This document shows positions 48,614 through 60,400 of a stretch of 64,000 nucleotides of DNA, piece after piece. The DNA comes from Gammaproteobacteria bacterium. GTDB taxonomy: Bacteria; Pseudomonadota; Gammaproteobacteria; Eutrophobiales; Eutrophobiaceae. The DNA lies in contig JAJFKL010000043.1 in NCBI GenBank assembly GCA_021773235.1, positions 14,072 through 78,071 on the forward strand, written 5' to 3'. Position 1 is the first letter of the stretch. Each line of letters opens with the position of its first letter. The translations under genes were made by a program, and so were the position numbers. A model generated the notes under the pieces. It saw nothing but the letters and a program-made list of their open reading frames with translations. It did not search any database and had not been told where the DNA came from.

Positions 48614-48845
48614 TTTTTAATTAGTGTTTCAGATAGAATACTACGCATAAATTCATATTATATAAAACAGTGTTTAATCAAAATGTCTTAATCAATTTTA
48701 TCAGGTTAATTCCTAACCATACTCTGTGTTGGGTAGTTAATTCCACATTTTAATTCATCAATTTAGAGGATACCTCTAACCATACCCCATGTGTTCTAAT
48801 TCGTAGCAATAAAGCGACATAACAATAAATAACAAGATAACGGGG

Positions 48846-49841
48846 ATGTCTATATTGATGGGATGGAGTAAACAAATAATCTCTGCTTCGAAGTTATTAT
48901 TCATTTCTTTATTATGTCTGAGCTTACACTCATATGCTGATACGCAACGTATTATTGAATATGGATACGATGGTGCAGGTAATATAATCAGTATTAGCTC
49001 GACAAGAAATTTAAACTCGCCTGTCATCTCAGATGTATCACCAAACCGTGTGCGCATCAACTCAAACATAGCCTTTACAGCAACAGGTACTGATCTGAAT
49101 AACACGCACGTAACGACTGATCACGTTGACTTAGTCGTTAGTAATGTTAATACCGCTGCCACGACAATCACGTTTGAACTAGATGCCGCAAACAGTGTTC
49201 CACTAGGACAGCATACGTTAACATTTACGACGCTACTCGGTAGTGTAACAGCACTGGTTGAAGTAGTATCCGAGATTCCAACTATTATGGTATTACCATC
49301 ACCTCTTACGTTGGAACCGGGTGGTGAAGTTATTACACTCGATGTTTTTTTTACCGCCAGTGATATAGTTGATCAGACATTAAGCATTTCTATCCCTGAT
49401 CCAAACATTGCGACTGTCAATGTTAGCAGCATTACGATCCTTGCCGGGCAAACCAGCGCAGCACAAACGATTCAGATCACCAGTAATAATCTCGGTTTTA
49501 CTTCACTGGATATTACAACGCCTGATTTGGTGGATGGGCATGTCAATCTATTTGTCACAGATCGTTTCGTTCCCGGAGTAGGGACACACACAACAAATGC
49601 AAAACCTATAAGTTTATTTATTCCTTCAGCTATCAGTGGACAAGGAACCACACAGATATCGCCATTGGTCAGCCCAGTACTCAGTGTCAATGTTGCCGAC
49701 AGTGCAAACGAAGATGTGGTGGTGTCGCCGGTTGTCTCACCCGTGCTGAGTGTGTTGATCAGTAATGAGACAACAACAACTAATTTAATAAGCCCAGTTG
49801 TCACACCTGTAATCAGTATTTTAAAGGAAGAAACGCCATGA
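48846..49841 (+). CDS. secreted protein with N-terminal YD-like motif and Ig/IPT-like domains
   Basis: 331 aa. Signal peptide. RIIEYGYDGAGNIISI resembles an RHS YD repeat. Beta-rich Thr/Val repeats. C-terminal SPVxSPV repeats. First gene of the operon that ends in the giant RHS gene. Confidence 0.6.
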   Translation: MSILMGWSKQIISASKLLFISLLCLSLHSYADTQRIIEYGYDGAGNIISISSTRNLNSPVISDVSPNRVRINSNIAFTATGTDLNNTHVTTDHVDLVVSNVNTAATTITFELDAANSVPLGQHTLTFTTLLGSVTALVEVVSEIPTIMVLPSPLTLEPGGEVITLDVFFTASDIVDQTLSISIPDPNIATVNVSSITILAGQTSAAQTIQITSNNLGFTSLDITTPDLVDGHVNLFVTDRFVPGVGTHTTNAKPISLFIPSAISGQGTTQISPLVSPVLSVNVADSANEDVVVSPVVSPVLSVLISNETTTTNLISPVVTPVISILKEETP

Positions 49842-49903
49842 ACAATTCACTTCAATTTATTACGATTAAATTCATCAAACCCCGGTTTAATGGGAGGACA
49901 ATT

Positions 49904-51415
49904 ATGGAAACCTTGAATAATAAAAATCACTTGTCAGCAACCATTGGCGCATTACTGTTGGTATTAAGTCAATCAGTCACTGCGTTTGACAGTGGCAGTA
50001 CCGGTGCCGATGGTGTCTTAAACCCGACCATAGATACAGTATTAAATGTGCCCGAGCCAGACGGTATTTTTAATTTCACCAGTGTTAATATTCCCTTAGG
50101 TGTGACAGTGACCTTCGCACCTAATACGACCAATACACCAGTGACTTTTTTGTCTAGCGGTGATGTCCAAATTGATGGGACGCTAAGCGTGAATGGCGGT
50201 GATTCTTTTGATGTGGGTACTGCAGGTGATAGTAATCTTGCTGATGATGGGCAACCTGGGTTAGGTGGGCCTGGTGGCTTTAATGGTGGTACTGGCGGAG
50301 ATTTTGGAGCCTCCGAGCGTGGTAGTGATGGACAAGGACCTGGTGCCGGCGGTGGCGGACGATTTCGTACTGGCACCACAGGTTGCGGCGGTGCCGGCGG
50401 CAGCTTTTCGACTTCTGCTGACGATGGAAGTGTAGTTGGTTTTGGTTGTGTTGGAAATAACGGCTTACGTGGGCCGAATTATGGGACAAACGAGCTTTCC
50501 CCGTTGATTGGCGGTTCTGGCGGCGGCGGTGCTGCTAGTGGGACTGTCTATAGAGGTTCTGGCGGCGGCGGTGGCAGCGGCGCGATTCTTATTGCAGCAA
50601 CCGGCATTATTACTGTGAATGGTCTACTTAGCGCGAGAGGTGGAAACTCAGGCGATAGTGCTGGCACGAGTGTGGAAGGTATCGGTGGTACCGGTGGTGC
50701 CGGTAGTGGTGGTGCAATTCGCCTAATCGCTACAGAAATAACAGGTGTAGGTACGTTAAATGTTGAAGAAGGTGTACCCGGTGATTCCATATCACAAAAC
50801 GGAAGAGAAGGTGGAAAGGGTGGCCGCGGACGCATTAGACTGGAATCGCCTTTAGCCACGTTTGCAGGCAGTATAATTCCATCCAATAGCTCAAGTATCT
50901 TTTCTCTTAGCAGTGTTCCGGGCAACGTCTTTGTCGCCGGCATGCCCAGTTTGTCAATCACCACAGTTGATGGCCAAACTGCACCAGTGTTGCCTACCGG
51001 TAATCTTGATCCAGCTAATACCGACATTACCTTGCCGGTCAGCACAGTAAATCCTGTAACAATCAATTTTGCGACTACGAATGTACCTGTGAATGGTACG
51101 ACAGCCGTCGACTTAACAGTTGTCCCAGAGTTTGCAACTGCAATAACAGTAACTTCAACAGTCTTAGCAGGGGATACAAATTCAGCCACAGCCAGTGCAT
51201 CCGTGTCTATCCCGCCGGGATTAAGTGTGTTGCAAGCCGAACTGAGTTTCACTGTGACGGTGGCGATGGGTGAAGAATTTTCTCGCTTTGCAGAAGGTGA
51301 GCAGGTTGCAAAAGTAAAGCTTAATGTCAATCCTGAAGGTCAATCCGAAACAACGTTTGTCACAATCAGTGGGGAAGAATTTACCTTTCTCTCGAATGCT
51401 ATCGCAATGCGCTGA
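49904..51415 (+). CDS. secreted glycine-rich (GGxGG) beta-helix-like protein
   Basis: The track ORF starts at 49838 (ATGA overlap with the upstream gene). The signal peptide begins at an internal Met (METLNNKNHLSATIGALLLVLSQSVTA). Contains long GGxGGxG tracts. Confidence 0.55.
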   Translation: METLNNKNHLSATIGALLLVLSQSVTAFDSGSTGADGVLNPTIDTVLNVPEPDGIFNFTSVNIPLGVTVTFAPNTTNTPVTFLSSGDVQIDGTLSVNGGDSFDVGTAGDSNLADDGQPGLGGPGGFNGGTGGDFGASERGSDGQGPGAGGGGRFRTGTTGCGGAGGSFSTSADDGSVVGFGCVGNNGLRGPNYGTNELSPLIGGSGGGGAASGTVYRGSGGGGGSGAILIAATGIITVNGLLSARGGNSGDSAGTSVEGIGGTGGAGSGGAIRLIATEITGVGTLNVEEGVPGDSISQNGREGGKGGRGRIRLESPLATFAGSIIPSNSSSIFSLSSVPGNVFVAGMPSLSITTVDGQTAPVLPTGNLDPANTDITLPVSTVNPVTINFATTNVPVNGTTAVDLTVVPEFATAITVTSTVLAGDTNSATASASVSIPPGLSVLQAELSFTVTVAMGEEFSRFAEGEQVAKVKLNVNPEGQSETTFVTISGEEFTFLSNAIAMR

Positions 51416-51420
51416 GTAAT

Positions 51421-54400
51421 ATGCGCGTAAGGGACAAGGCACTAAGTAAAATGAACAAACAACAGAGTGAGACTAAACACACGACGTTATCGCGACGCGT
51501 GTCAATACGGAAGCGTAAATGGTTAGTCGGTGTAACAGCGATGACAATTATTGCTGGTATTACAGCAACAGCCGTTTTGGATTTTAGTAAACAACGCTCG
51601 CTTAAAAATGCTAAAACAGTCACGCCTGCTCACGTGACTGTTAATAATAAACTTGCTCAAGCTGCTCTTATTAATAATTACGCTCAACTCCCCTTACAGT
51701 TCGAACAAAACCGTGGTCAAACCAATGACGAAGTGGAATACGTCTCACGTGGCTCTGGTTATACCTTATTTCTAACCCCAACTGAAACCGTGCTGACGTT
51801 ACAACGAAGCAGCGGCAAACAAAACGAGCAAGCCGTTGTTAGAACCTCCTTTGTCAATGCCAATGTGCCAGTAGTCTTTAATGGCAACAACGTCTTGCCC
51901 GGCAAAGTGAATTACCTCATTGGCCGTGATGAAAGCAAATGGCTCACCGATATCCCGACCTATACCGATGTCATCGCCAAAGAGATCTACCCTGGCATCG
52001 ACCTGCGTTATCACGGTGACCAAAGGCAACTCGAATATGATTTTATTGTTGCACCGGGAGTCAATACCGATGACATCCAACTACAGTTTAGTGGCGTTGA
52101 CCTATTACGTATCGGTGAAGAAGGGCAGTTAGTTATCGAAACAGCACAAGGCACACTGCAGCACAAAAAACCGATCGTCTATCAAGACATCAGCGGTGAA
52201 CGAATTACTGTCGAAGGTAACTACCTTCTGAGTGAAAATAAAATAGTAAGTTTTAAGTTAGGGCAATACGATCCAAACCATGAACTAATAATCGATCCTA
52301 TCCTCGACTACTCGACGTACCTTGGAGGTGAAGCGGATGACAGAGGCCTAGCCATAGCGGTTGATGATGCAGGCAATGCTTATGTTGCGGGCACCACCGT
52401 ATCGGCAAGTTTCCCGGTCGTGAATGCTTACCAAACAAGCCTTAGTGGGAGTAAAGATACCTTTATCGCCAAACTGAATGCCAATGGTGATGCTTTGGTC
52501 TACGCGACCTACTTTGGTGGCAGTGGTGATGAAGATGACGACGATGATGATGATAGTGATGATGACTACGGTGAAGACGACGAAGACGATAATGACGAAG
52601 GCGATTCTGATAAAGATACCGGTAAAGACATTACTGTTGATGCCAATGGATATCTTTATATTACTGGCAGCACCAACTCCGATACTGACTTCCCCATCGT
52701 CAATGCCGTACAAAGTACTTACGGCGGTGGTGATCGCGATGCTTATGTCGCCAAACTCTCGGTCGATGGCAGCAGCTTACTTTTTTCCACCTACCTCGGT
52801 GGAAGTAATAAAGACAAAGGCTTTGGCATTGCTTTAAGCAATAATGGTAACGTCTTTGTTACGGGTAAGACCAAATCAAACAACTTCCCAACGACGGCCA
52901 ATGCTTATCAAACCAGCCATGCCGGTAACGGCGATGCGTATGTTGTGCAACTGGCGGGCGACGGTTCACAACTCAACTATGCTACCTACTTGGGTGGCTC
53001 TAAATCCGATAATGCAAAAGCCATTGCAATAGATAGTTCAGGGAATGCTGCTATCACTGGTGTTACCAAATCCAAGAATGATTTTCCGTTACACAATGCC
53101 CTGCAACCGAGCTTTGGTGGTGGCGGACGCGATGCCTATGTCGCACAACTCAATGCCAGTGGTAATGCACTAAACTACTCCACCTATTTAGGCGGTGCCA
53201 AAAAAGACAAAGGCCGCGGAATTACGATCGATAGTCATGACAACGTTATCGTAGTTGGTTTAACAAAATCCAAGACCGACTTTCCCTTAGTCAATTCTCT
53301 ACAGTCCACCTATGGTGGTGGCAGTGATGACGGCTTCATCAGCAAACTCAACAGTGCAGGCAGTGGCCTAACTTTCTCTACCTACCTCGGTGGTGAAAAG
53401 ACCGACAGACTAAATAGTGTTGTGGTCGATAGCAACGATGACATCTATGTTGTCGGCACCACCAAATCTACCAACGGAATTCCGACCACTGATGCCGAGC
53501 AGGCACAACTGTCTGGTAGCAAACGCGATGCCTTTATTACCAAACTGAGTCATGATGGCAGTAGTGTTATTTATGGTACTTACCTAGGGGGTAGCAAGAG
53601 CGACCGCGGTAAAGATATCGCCGTTGATGGACAAGATGCCTACATCACCGGTGTCACCAAATCCGATATTGATTTCCCCACCCTGAATGCTCTGCAACCT
53701 CTATTCGGCGGCAGTAATAAAGATGCGTTTGTTGTCAAAATAGCCGAAGAGGTTACCAATCAAGATCCAGAAATTACATCAACACCAATAACCGATGCAT
53801 TGGCAGGACAACTCTATAGCTATGATGTCGATGCGACCGATGCAGATGAAGACGATGTTTTAGTTTACAACCTACAAGTCTTCCCCACAGGTATGGTTAT
53901 TGATACCAACACAGGACTCATTAGTTGGACGCCGACTGTAATCGGGGTAGTCAATGTCACTGTTCAAGTCGATGACGGTAACAATGGTACTGCAACACAA
54001 AGTTACAGTATTAATGTTACCGATTCAGATGTGATCGCACCAACGATCACGATTACCTCACCGCAAGAGGGTTTAAACACCAATCAGGCAAACCAGACAA
54101 TCACGGGCACACTTGATGAAACGGCGACATTGACATTGAATGGTAATTTGGTTGCCGTTAATCTGGACTTAAGCTTTAGTGCTACTGTTACTCTAGTTGA
54201 AGGTGTAAATAGTTATACTTTTGAAGCCACCGATGCAGCAACCAATTTTGGTGCAGCGTCACTAACATTGAATTTGGATACAGTCTTACCTGTCGTCACG
54301 ATTACATCGCCACAAGATGGACTCGTTACTAATCAAACCACACAAACGATCATCGGTAGTCTAAGTGAACCTGCAACATTCACGATCAATGGACAAGCAG

Positions 54401-57400
54401 TTACCGTTAACCCTGATCTCAGTTTTAGCACTAATGTCATCTTAGTCGAAGGTGCGAATGCAATCACCATTGAAGCGACGGATGCCGTAAGCAATGTCGG
54501 CAATGCTGCGTTAACTTTAAACCTCGATACCGAACCACCCGTTATTACGATTAACGCACCACAAGATGGATTAATTACGAATCAATCAGCACAAACCATA
54601 ACCGGTAGTTTAAGCGAAACAACTACGTTAACGATCAATGGACAAACAGTCACGGTTAATCCTGACTTAACCTTTAGTACAGATGTCACCTTAGTTGAAG
54701 GTGCAAACAGTTATACTTTTGAAGCCACCGATGCAGCAACCAATCTTGATGCAGCGTCACTAACATTGAATTTGGATACAGTCTTACCTGTCATCACGAT
54801 TACATCGCCACAAGATGGACTCATTACTAATCAAACCACACAAACGATCATCGGTAGTCTAAGTGAACCTGCAACACTCACGATCAATGGACAAGCAGTT
54901 ACCGTTAACCCTGATCTCAGTTTTAGCACTAATGTCATCTTAGTTGAAGGTGCGAATGCAATCACCATTGAAGCGACGGATGCCGCAAGCAATGTGGGGA
55001 ATGCAAGCTTAACCTTAATCCTTGATACGGTTGCACCGGATATCACAATTACTGATCCGCTTGATGGCAGTTTAACCAACCTTGTTGATCAAACCATTAC
55101 CGGTAATTTGGATGAAATAGCAACACTGACATTTAATACGGCCAGCGTACCCGTTAACCCGGACAATACATTTAGCGTTGGCCCGGTTGCATTAATAGAA
55201 GGGGGTAACACGTTTACCTTTGAAGCGACAGATACGGCAGGCAATGTTAGCACACAATCGATAACAGTCACACTCGATACCATTGCGCCTGCCATTACCG
55301 TGAACGATCCGGTCGATGGCAGTGTCACCAATCAAGCAAACCAAACTATTACTGGCTCGGTTGATGAGGCTGGTGCCTTTAGGATTAACGGTACTGCTGT
55401 GACACTAAACTCGGACAATACTTTTAGTTCCGATGTGCTCTTGGTTGAAGGCGAAAACACGTTTACGCTTGAGATCACCGATGCGACAATGAATGTTAAT
55501 ACTCAAACCTTAACGGTAACATTAGATACTGTTGCAGCAGTAATCACAGTGGTAAGCCCACAAGAGGGGTTGGTTACCAACCAGGCAGCACAAACCATAA
55601 CGGGTAGCATAAACGAAACCGCAAGCCTAACAATTAACGGGCAAGCTGTGTCCATCAACCCGGACAATACTTATAGTTTTGCCGTTACCTTAATGGAAGG
55701 TGTCAATAGCTTTACTCTGGAAGCGATAGATACGGGGACAAACACAAGCACACAAAACCTAACTCTGAACCTGGATACCATTACACCGGTAGTCACGATT
55801 ACCAATCCGGCTGATGGTTTACTATCTAATAACCCAAGTCAACTGATAACGGGTAGTGTTAGTGAAGTGGCATCGTTAACCATTAATGGACAAGCAGTAA
55901 GCCTAAACCCGGACAATAGTTTTAGCTTTGGCCCAATCACTATGGCAGAAGGTGCGAATACCATCACCGCGATTGCGACGGATGCGGCAACGAATAGCAC
56001 AACCACTACCATTAATGTAAGTCTCGATACCGTGGCTCCGGTGATTAGCGTTACCAGCCCAGTTGATGGTGCGTTGACGAATCAAAGTCAAATTGTTGTA
56101 GCAGGGAGCTTAAGTGAACAAGGTAACCTCACAATAAATGGACAAGCTATCACAGTAAATCTGGATGGCAGTTTTAGTGCGATAGTTAGCCTTGTTGAAG
56201 GTGCAAATACAGTTACCTTAACGGCAAGCGATGCAGCAACGAATGTCAGTCAAAGTGTTCTAACCGTCAATAGTGATACGATTGCACCGATCATTAACAT
56301 TACGACGCCAATCAATCGCAGTAGCACTAACCAAGCAGCGCAATTGGTCACAGGCTCATTAAGTGAAGCAGCAACCTTATTAATAAACGGTCAGGCAGTC
56401 ACAGTGAACCCCGACTTAAGCTTTAGCTTTGGTCCGATCACATTGGCCGAAGGGGCAAACTCGATCAGCGTAAGCGCGACCGATGCGGCAACGAACAATA
56501 GTGCGGGTAACGTCAGTGTCACCCTGGATACAGTCATACCCACGTTAATCTTGGATAGCCCAACAGGGGACATCCTCACTAACCAATCAACCGTTAGCTT
56601 TAGCGGTAGCGTAGATGAAACGGTAAGTCTTACGATTAATGGTCAAGCGGTAACCCAAAATCCGGACAATACCTTTAGCGCAAATGTCACGGTAGCTGAA
56701 GGCAGTAATGTAGTCGATGTTGTTGCAACCGATGCAGGTGGTAATAGCGTCACACAAAGCATCAACATCACTATCGATACGATTGCACCAAGCACGCCGA
56801 TTATTAGCTTAACCAATCGCGGTAATCCGCTAAATGGAATCGTTATGGTGACGGGTTTACCCGGTGCCGCTGAGCCGGGAACATTAATACACGTTATTAA
56901 TCCCGTCACCAATTATGAAGCCTTGGTCTTGGCACAAAGCGATGGTAGCTTTAGTACCGATGTTGCTGGTTTCGCCAATGATATCTTTTCTATCATTACG
57001 ATGGATGCGGCAGGTAATATCAGCGCACCTGTAGTTTTGATTCCAAACCCACCATTAGCATTAACGCTGGATGCCATTGGTAACAAAACCGCGCCCTTAG
57101 GGCAAATTACTCGCTTTACGGTAACTGCAAATGACAGTGAAGGTAATGTAATCGCCTTAGGTTTAACGCCACTTCCATTACCCGCTGGTATGGAATACAA
57201 CATCGCAACAGGTGAATTCAGTTTCCGACCAACAAGCGGACAAGAAGGGGACTATAATTTAACCTTTAGTGCCTTATCGGGTGATGAGCGTGTAGTTGAA
57301 AATGTCACCGTTAATGTATCTGCACCAAACGCAGCAGATCCAACCGATTTAACCGGTCGTATTTTAGATGCCAGTAGCATGCAAGGTGGCACGATTGAAC

Positions 57401-60400
57401 CGATTGTCGGTGCAACCGTATCATTCCTCGCGACAGGCGTGAGTACAACGACGGATACACAAGGCTTCTTTACCTTAAGTGGTTTGCCTGCGAATGCAGA
57501 AGTATTTGATATCGATACCAGCACGGCACAAGCAGGACCGGGCGGTACCAGCTATGCCGGTTTCCGTGAACAGTTTCCGTTAGTGATTAACGTAACGAAT
57601 ATTGTTGAGCGACCGTTCTACTTACCACGGTTGGCAGCGGAAAGTTTAACTACCGTTGATCCTCTGGTAGAAACGATTGTTAATAACCCAACATTAGGCA
57701 TTGATTTAAGTATCGCTGCAGGAAATGCGATTAATGATTCAGATGGGCAACCGTTTACCGGACAGGTTTCGATTTCGGAAGTACCGCGTAATCTGGCACC
57801 AGCTAACTTACCCGAGTTTATGGATCCGACTTTATTATTCACAATCCAACCGGTCGGTGTGAGTTATACCGTACCCGCACCAATTACTATCGCCAACACT
57901 GAAGGCCATGCGCCTAATAGCGAAGTGGATCTCTGGTCGGTTGATCCGGATCTGGGTCAATTTGTGATCGTAGGTACCGGACAAGTTTCAGCAGATGGGT
58001 CTGAGATCGTAACGATCTCAGGTGGTATCCGTGCTAATGATTGGCATGCATTCCAGCCACCGAATCCGAATACCGGTGGTTCTGGTACTAATGGGAAGAA
58101 ACCATGCCCAACGTGTCCTGAGGAAGATCTTACTTCTACGGTTAGTTTGAACGACGGTCATATGGGAACGCGACATACGCTGCCAGCATATCGTTCGTTA
58201 GAAACTTCACGTGCGTTAACTTTTAGCTATCGCACCTTCAGAGCCTATCCGAGTCCATCAATTCCATATAATAGTGCTATCGATGTCCGTAGTACGGTAC
58301 CAGCAACAGTCTCTTATGATCTGGAAGTCGGTGGCCTGAAACAAGGTCAGGAAGTCTTTATTGATACTTCCGGCTTCAGTGAAGGACTAACTGAAGCATT
58401 TAGTACAGCGATATCATTTGATGCAGCAGAATTTGATTCAGGAATGTATGACTATCGTTTGAAAGTTACCAGTAATTTTAATGGCGGTTCACGTCAAAGT
58501 TTGATTGTTGAAGATGTCGTAATGGTTGTGAATGAACAGCAAAGTCCTTTTGGTGCAGGCTGGATGCTAGAAGGTTTGTATAGCCTTCGGTTTAATGAAG
58601 ATAACAGTGTCACCATGATTGCGCCGAATGGTAACTCCATTTCTTATGATGCCACAGCGACACCGGATCTGTTTGATTCTCCAGACAGCGATTACGCTGT
58701 TTTCAACCGTAACCCGGATGGCAGCTACACCCATACTGAAAAAGATGGTGTCAAAATGCACTTTAATGCCGAAGGACAAATTACCGAGCATGAAGATCGT
58801 AATAACAATATCACGGCTTATGCCTATGATGTTGACGGTAAGTTAATAACGATTACTGATCCAGTGGGCTTAATCACGACCTTTGCTTATGACATAAATG
58901 GCTTGTTAGAAACAGTAACTGATCCAGCTACACGTGTGACTAACTTTGAATACGATGCCACGGGTAATATGACCAAGGTAACTTATCCTGACAATACCTT
59001 CGAGACCTATGAATACGATAATCGTCACTTGATGACGGCACACGAAGATGAACGCCAAAATCGTTTTACCGATCGTTACGATGCCTTTGGTCGAATTATT
59101 GATGGTACCTTGCCGGATGGTACGGTTCGCGCGGGAATTGGACAGAACTCAGCAGCATTAATTGATGTTTCCAGCGGCGTTGGTACAAGTGTCAATCCAG
59201 CACCCGTCATGCGTCCAGCAGATGTTGATGGTGAATACGTTGATGGTCGTGGCAATCCTTCTAATAAAGAACTAGATCCACAGGGCCGTGCAACATTAGA
59301 AATGGACGAAATAGGGCGTATGACATTGCATACGCGCGACGCCGATTCCAATCCAACACAGACAACACGTCCGATAGGTTCCGTTGTAACTCGAACCTTT
59401 GATACCTTCGGTAATGTGCTAACGCAGAAAGAAGAGTTTAATACGGCGACGACAACGTATACCTACGATCCATTTAGTTTGGTAACAACAGTAACAAACC
59501 CACGTAACCACACGACAACAATCACGCGTGATCCGGCTGATGGTAACCCATTAACAATTGTAAATGAGTTAGGTCATACAACGACCATGGTTTATGACAG
59601 CCGCGGCCTTGTTACCTCAATGACCAGCCCGAACGGATTAGTAACGACGTATACGTACAACACCGAAGGCCTCATGGACACCAAGACTGAAACACCGCCA
59701 GTCAGTAGCCCGGGTAATGTGCGTCTTTGGACTTATGCCTATTACCCAACGGGACTTTTACAAACTGTGAATACACCCGATGGGATTACACTGACCTATA
59801 CTTATGATGACCGTAGCTTCCTGACCAGTGTTACCGATAATCTCAATCAATCGATTATCTACACCTACGATGACCATAAAAACGTGACTCGAACAGAAAC
59901 GCGCAGTAGCGATGGTAGCTTGGCCTTGCTCGTTGACAGCATCTACGATAATCGTAATCGCCTGACACAGACTAAAGCGCCGCACGTTGGCATCGAAGAA
60001 TCCATCACGCAACGCATACTCGATGAAAATAGTAATTTGATTGGCTTAATTGATCCAAACGGTAATCCCCGCAGTAATGTCTATGATGCTTTCAATCGAC
60101 TCGATAATAACACCCATAGAGAGGGGGGTATTACGGACTACACTTATGATGATCAAGATCGTATTACCAAAGTCGAAGCCCCGAACGGTGTCGTTACTGA
60201 CTATGAATACGACATCATCAGTCGTCGCACCAAAGAGATAAGCCCAGACCGAGGCACGATTACTTATGTGTATGACTTGGCTAACAACGTCACCACCATC
60301 ACCGAGGGCAGAGGCATTGTTGCCAGCATGACCTATGATGAATTGGAACGTGTGGGCACCAAGACCTACCCGAACACCATCATTGGTAAAAATGAGAATG

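Noticed and set aside
48776-49105. 109-aa minus-strand ORF overlapping the start of the secreted-protein gene
   Set aside because: Overlaps a well-supported plus-strand gene with a signal peptide and lacks any family signal. Likely spurious.
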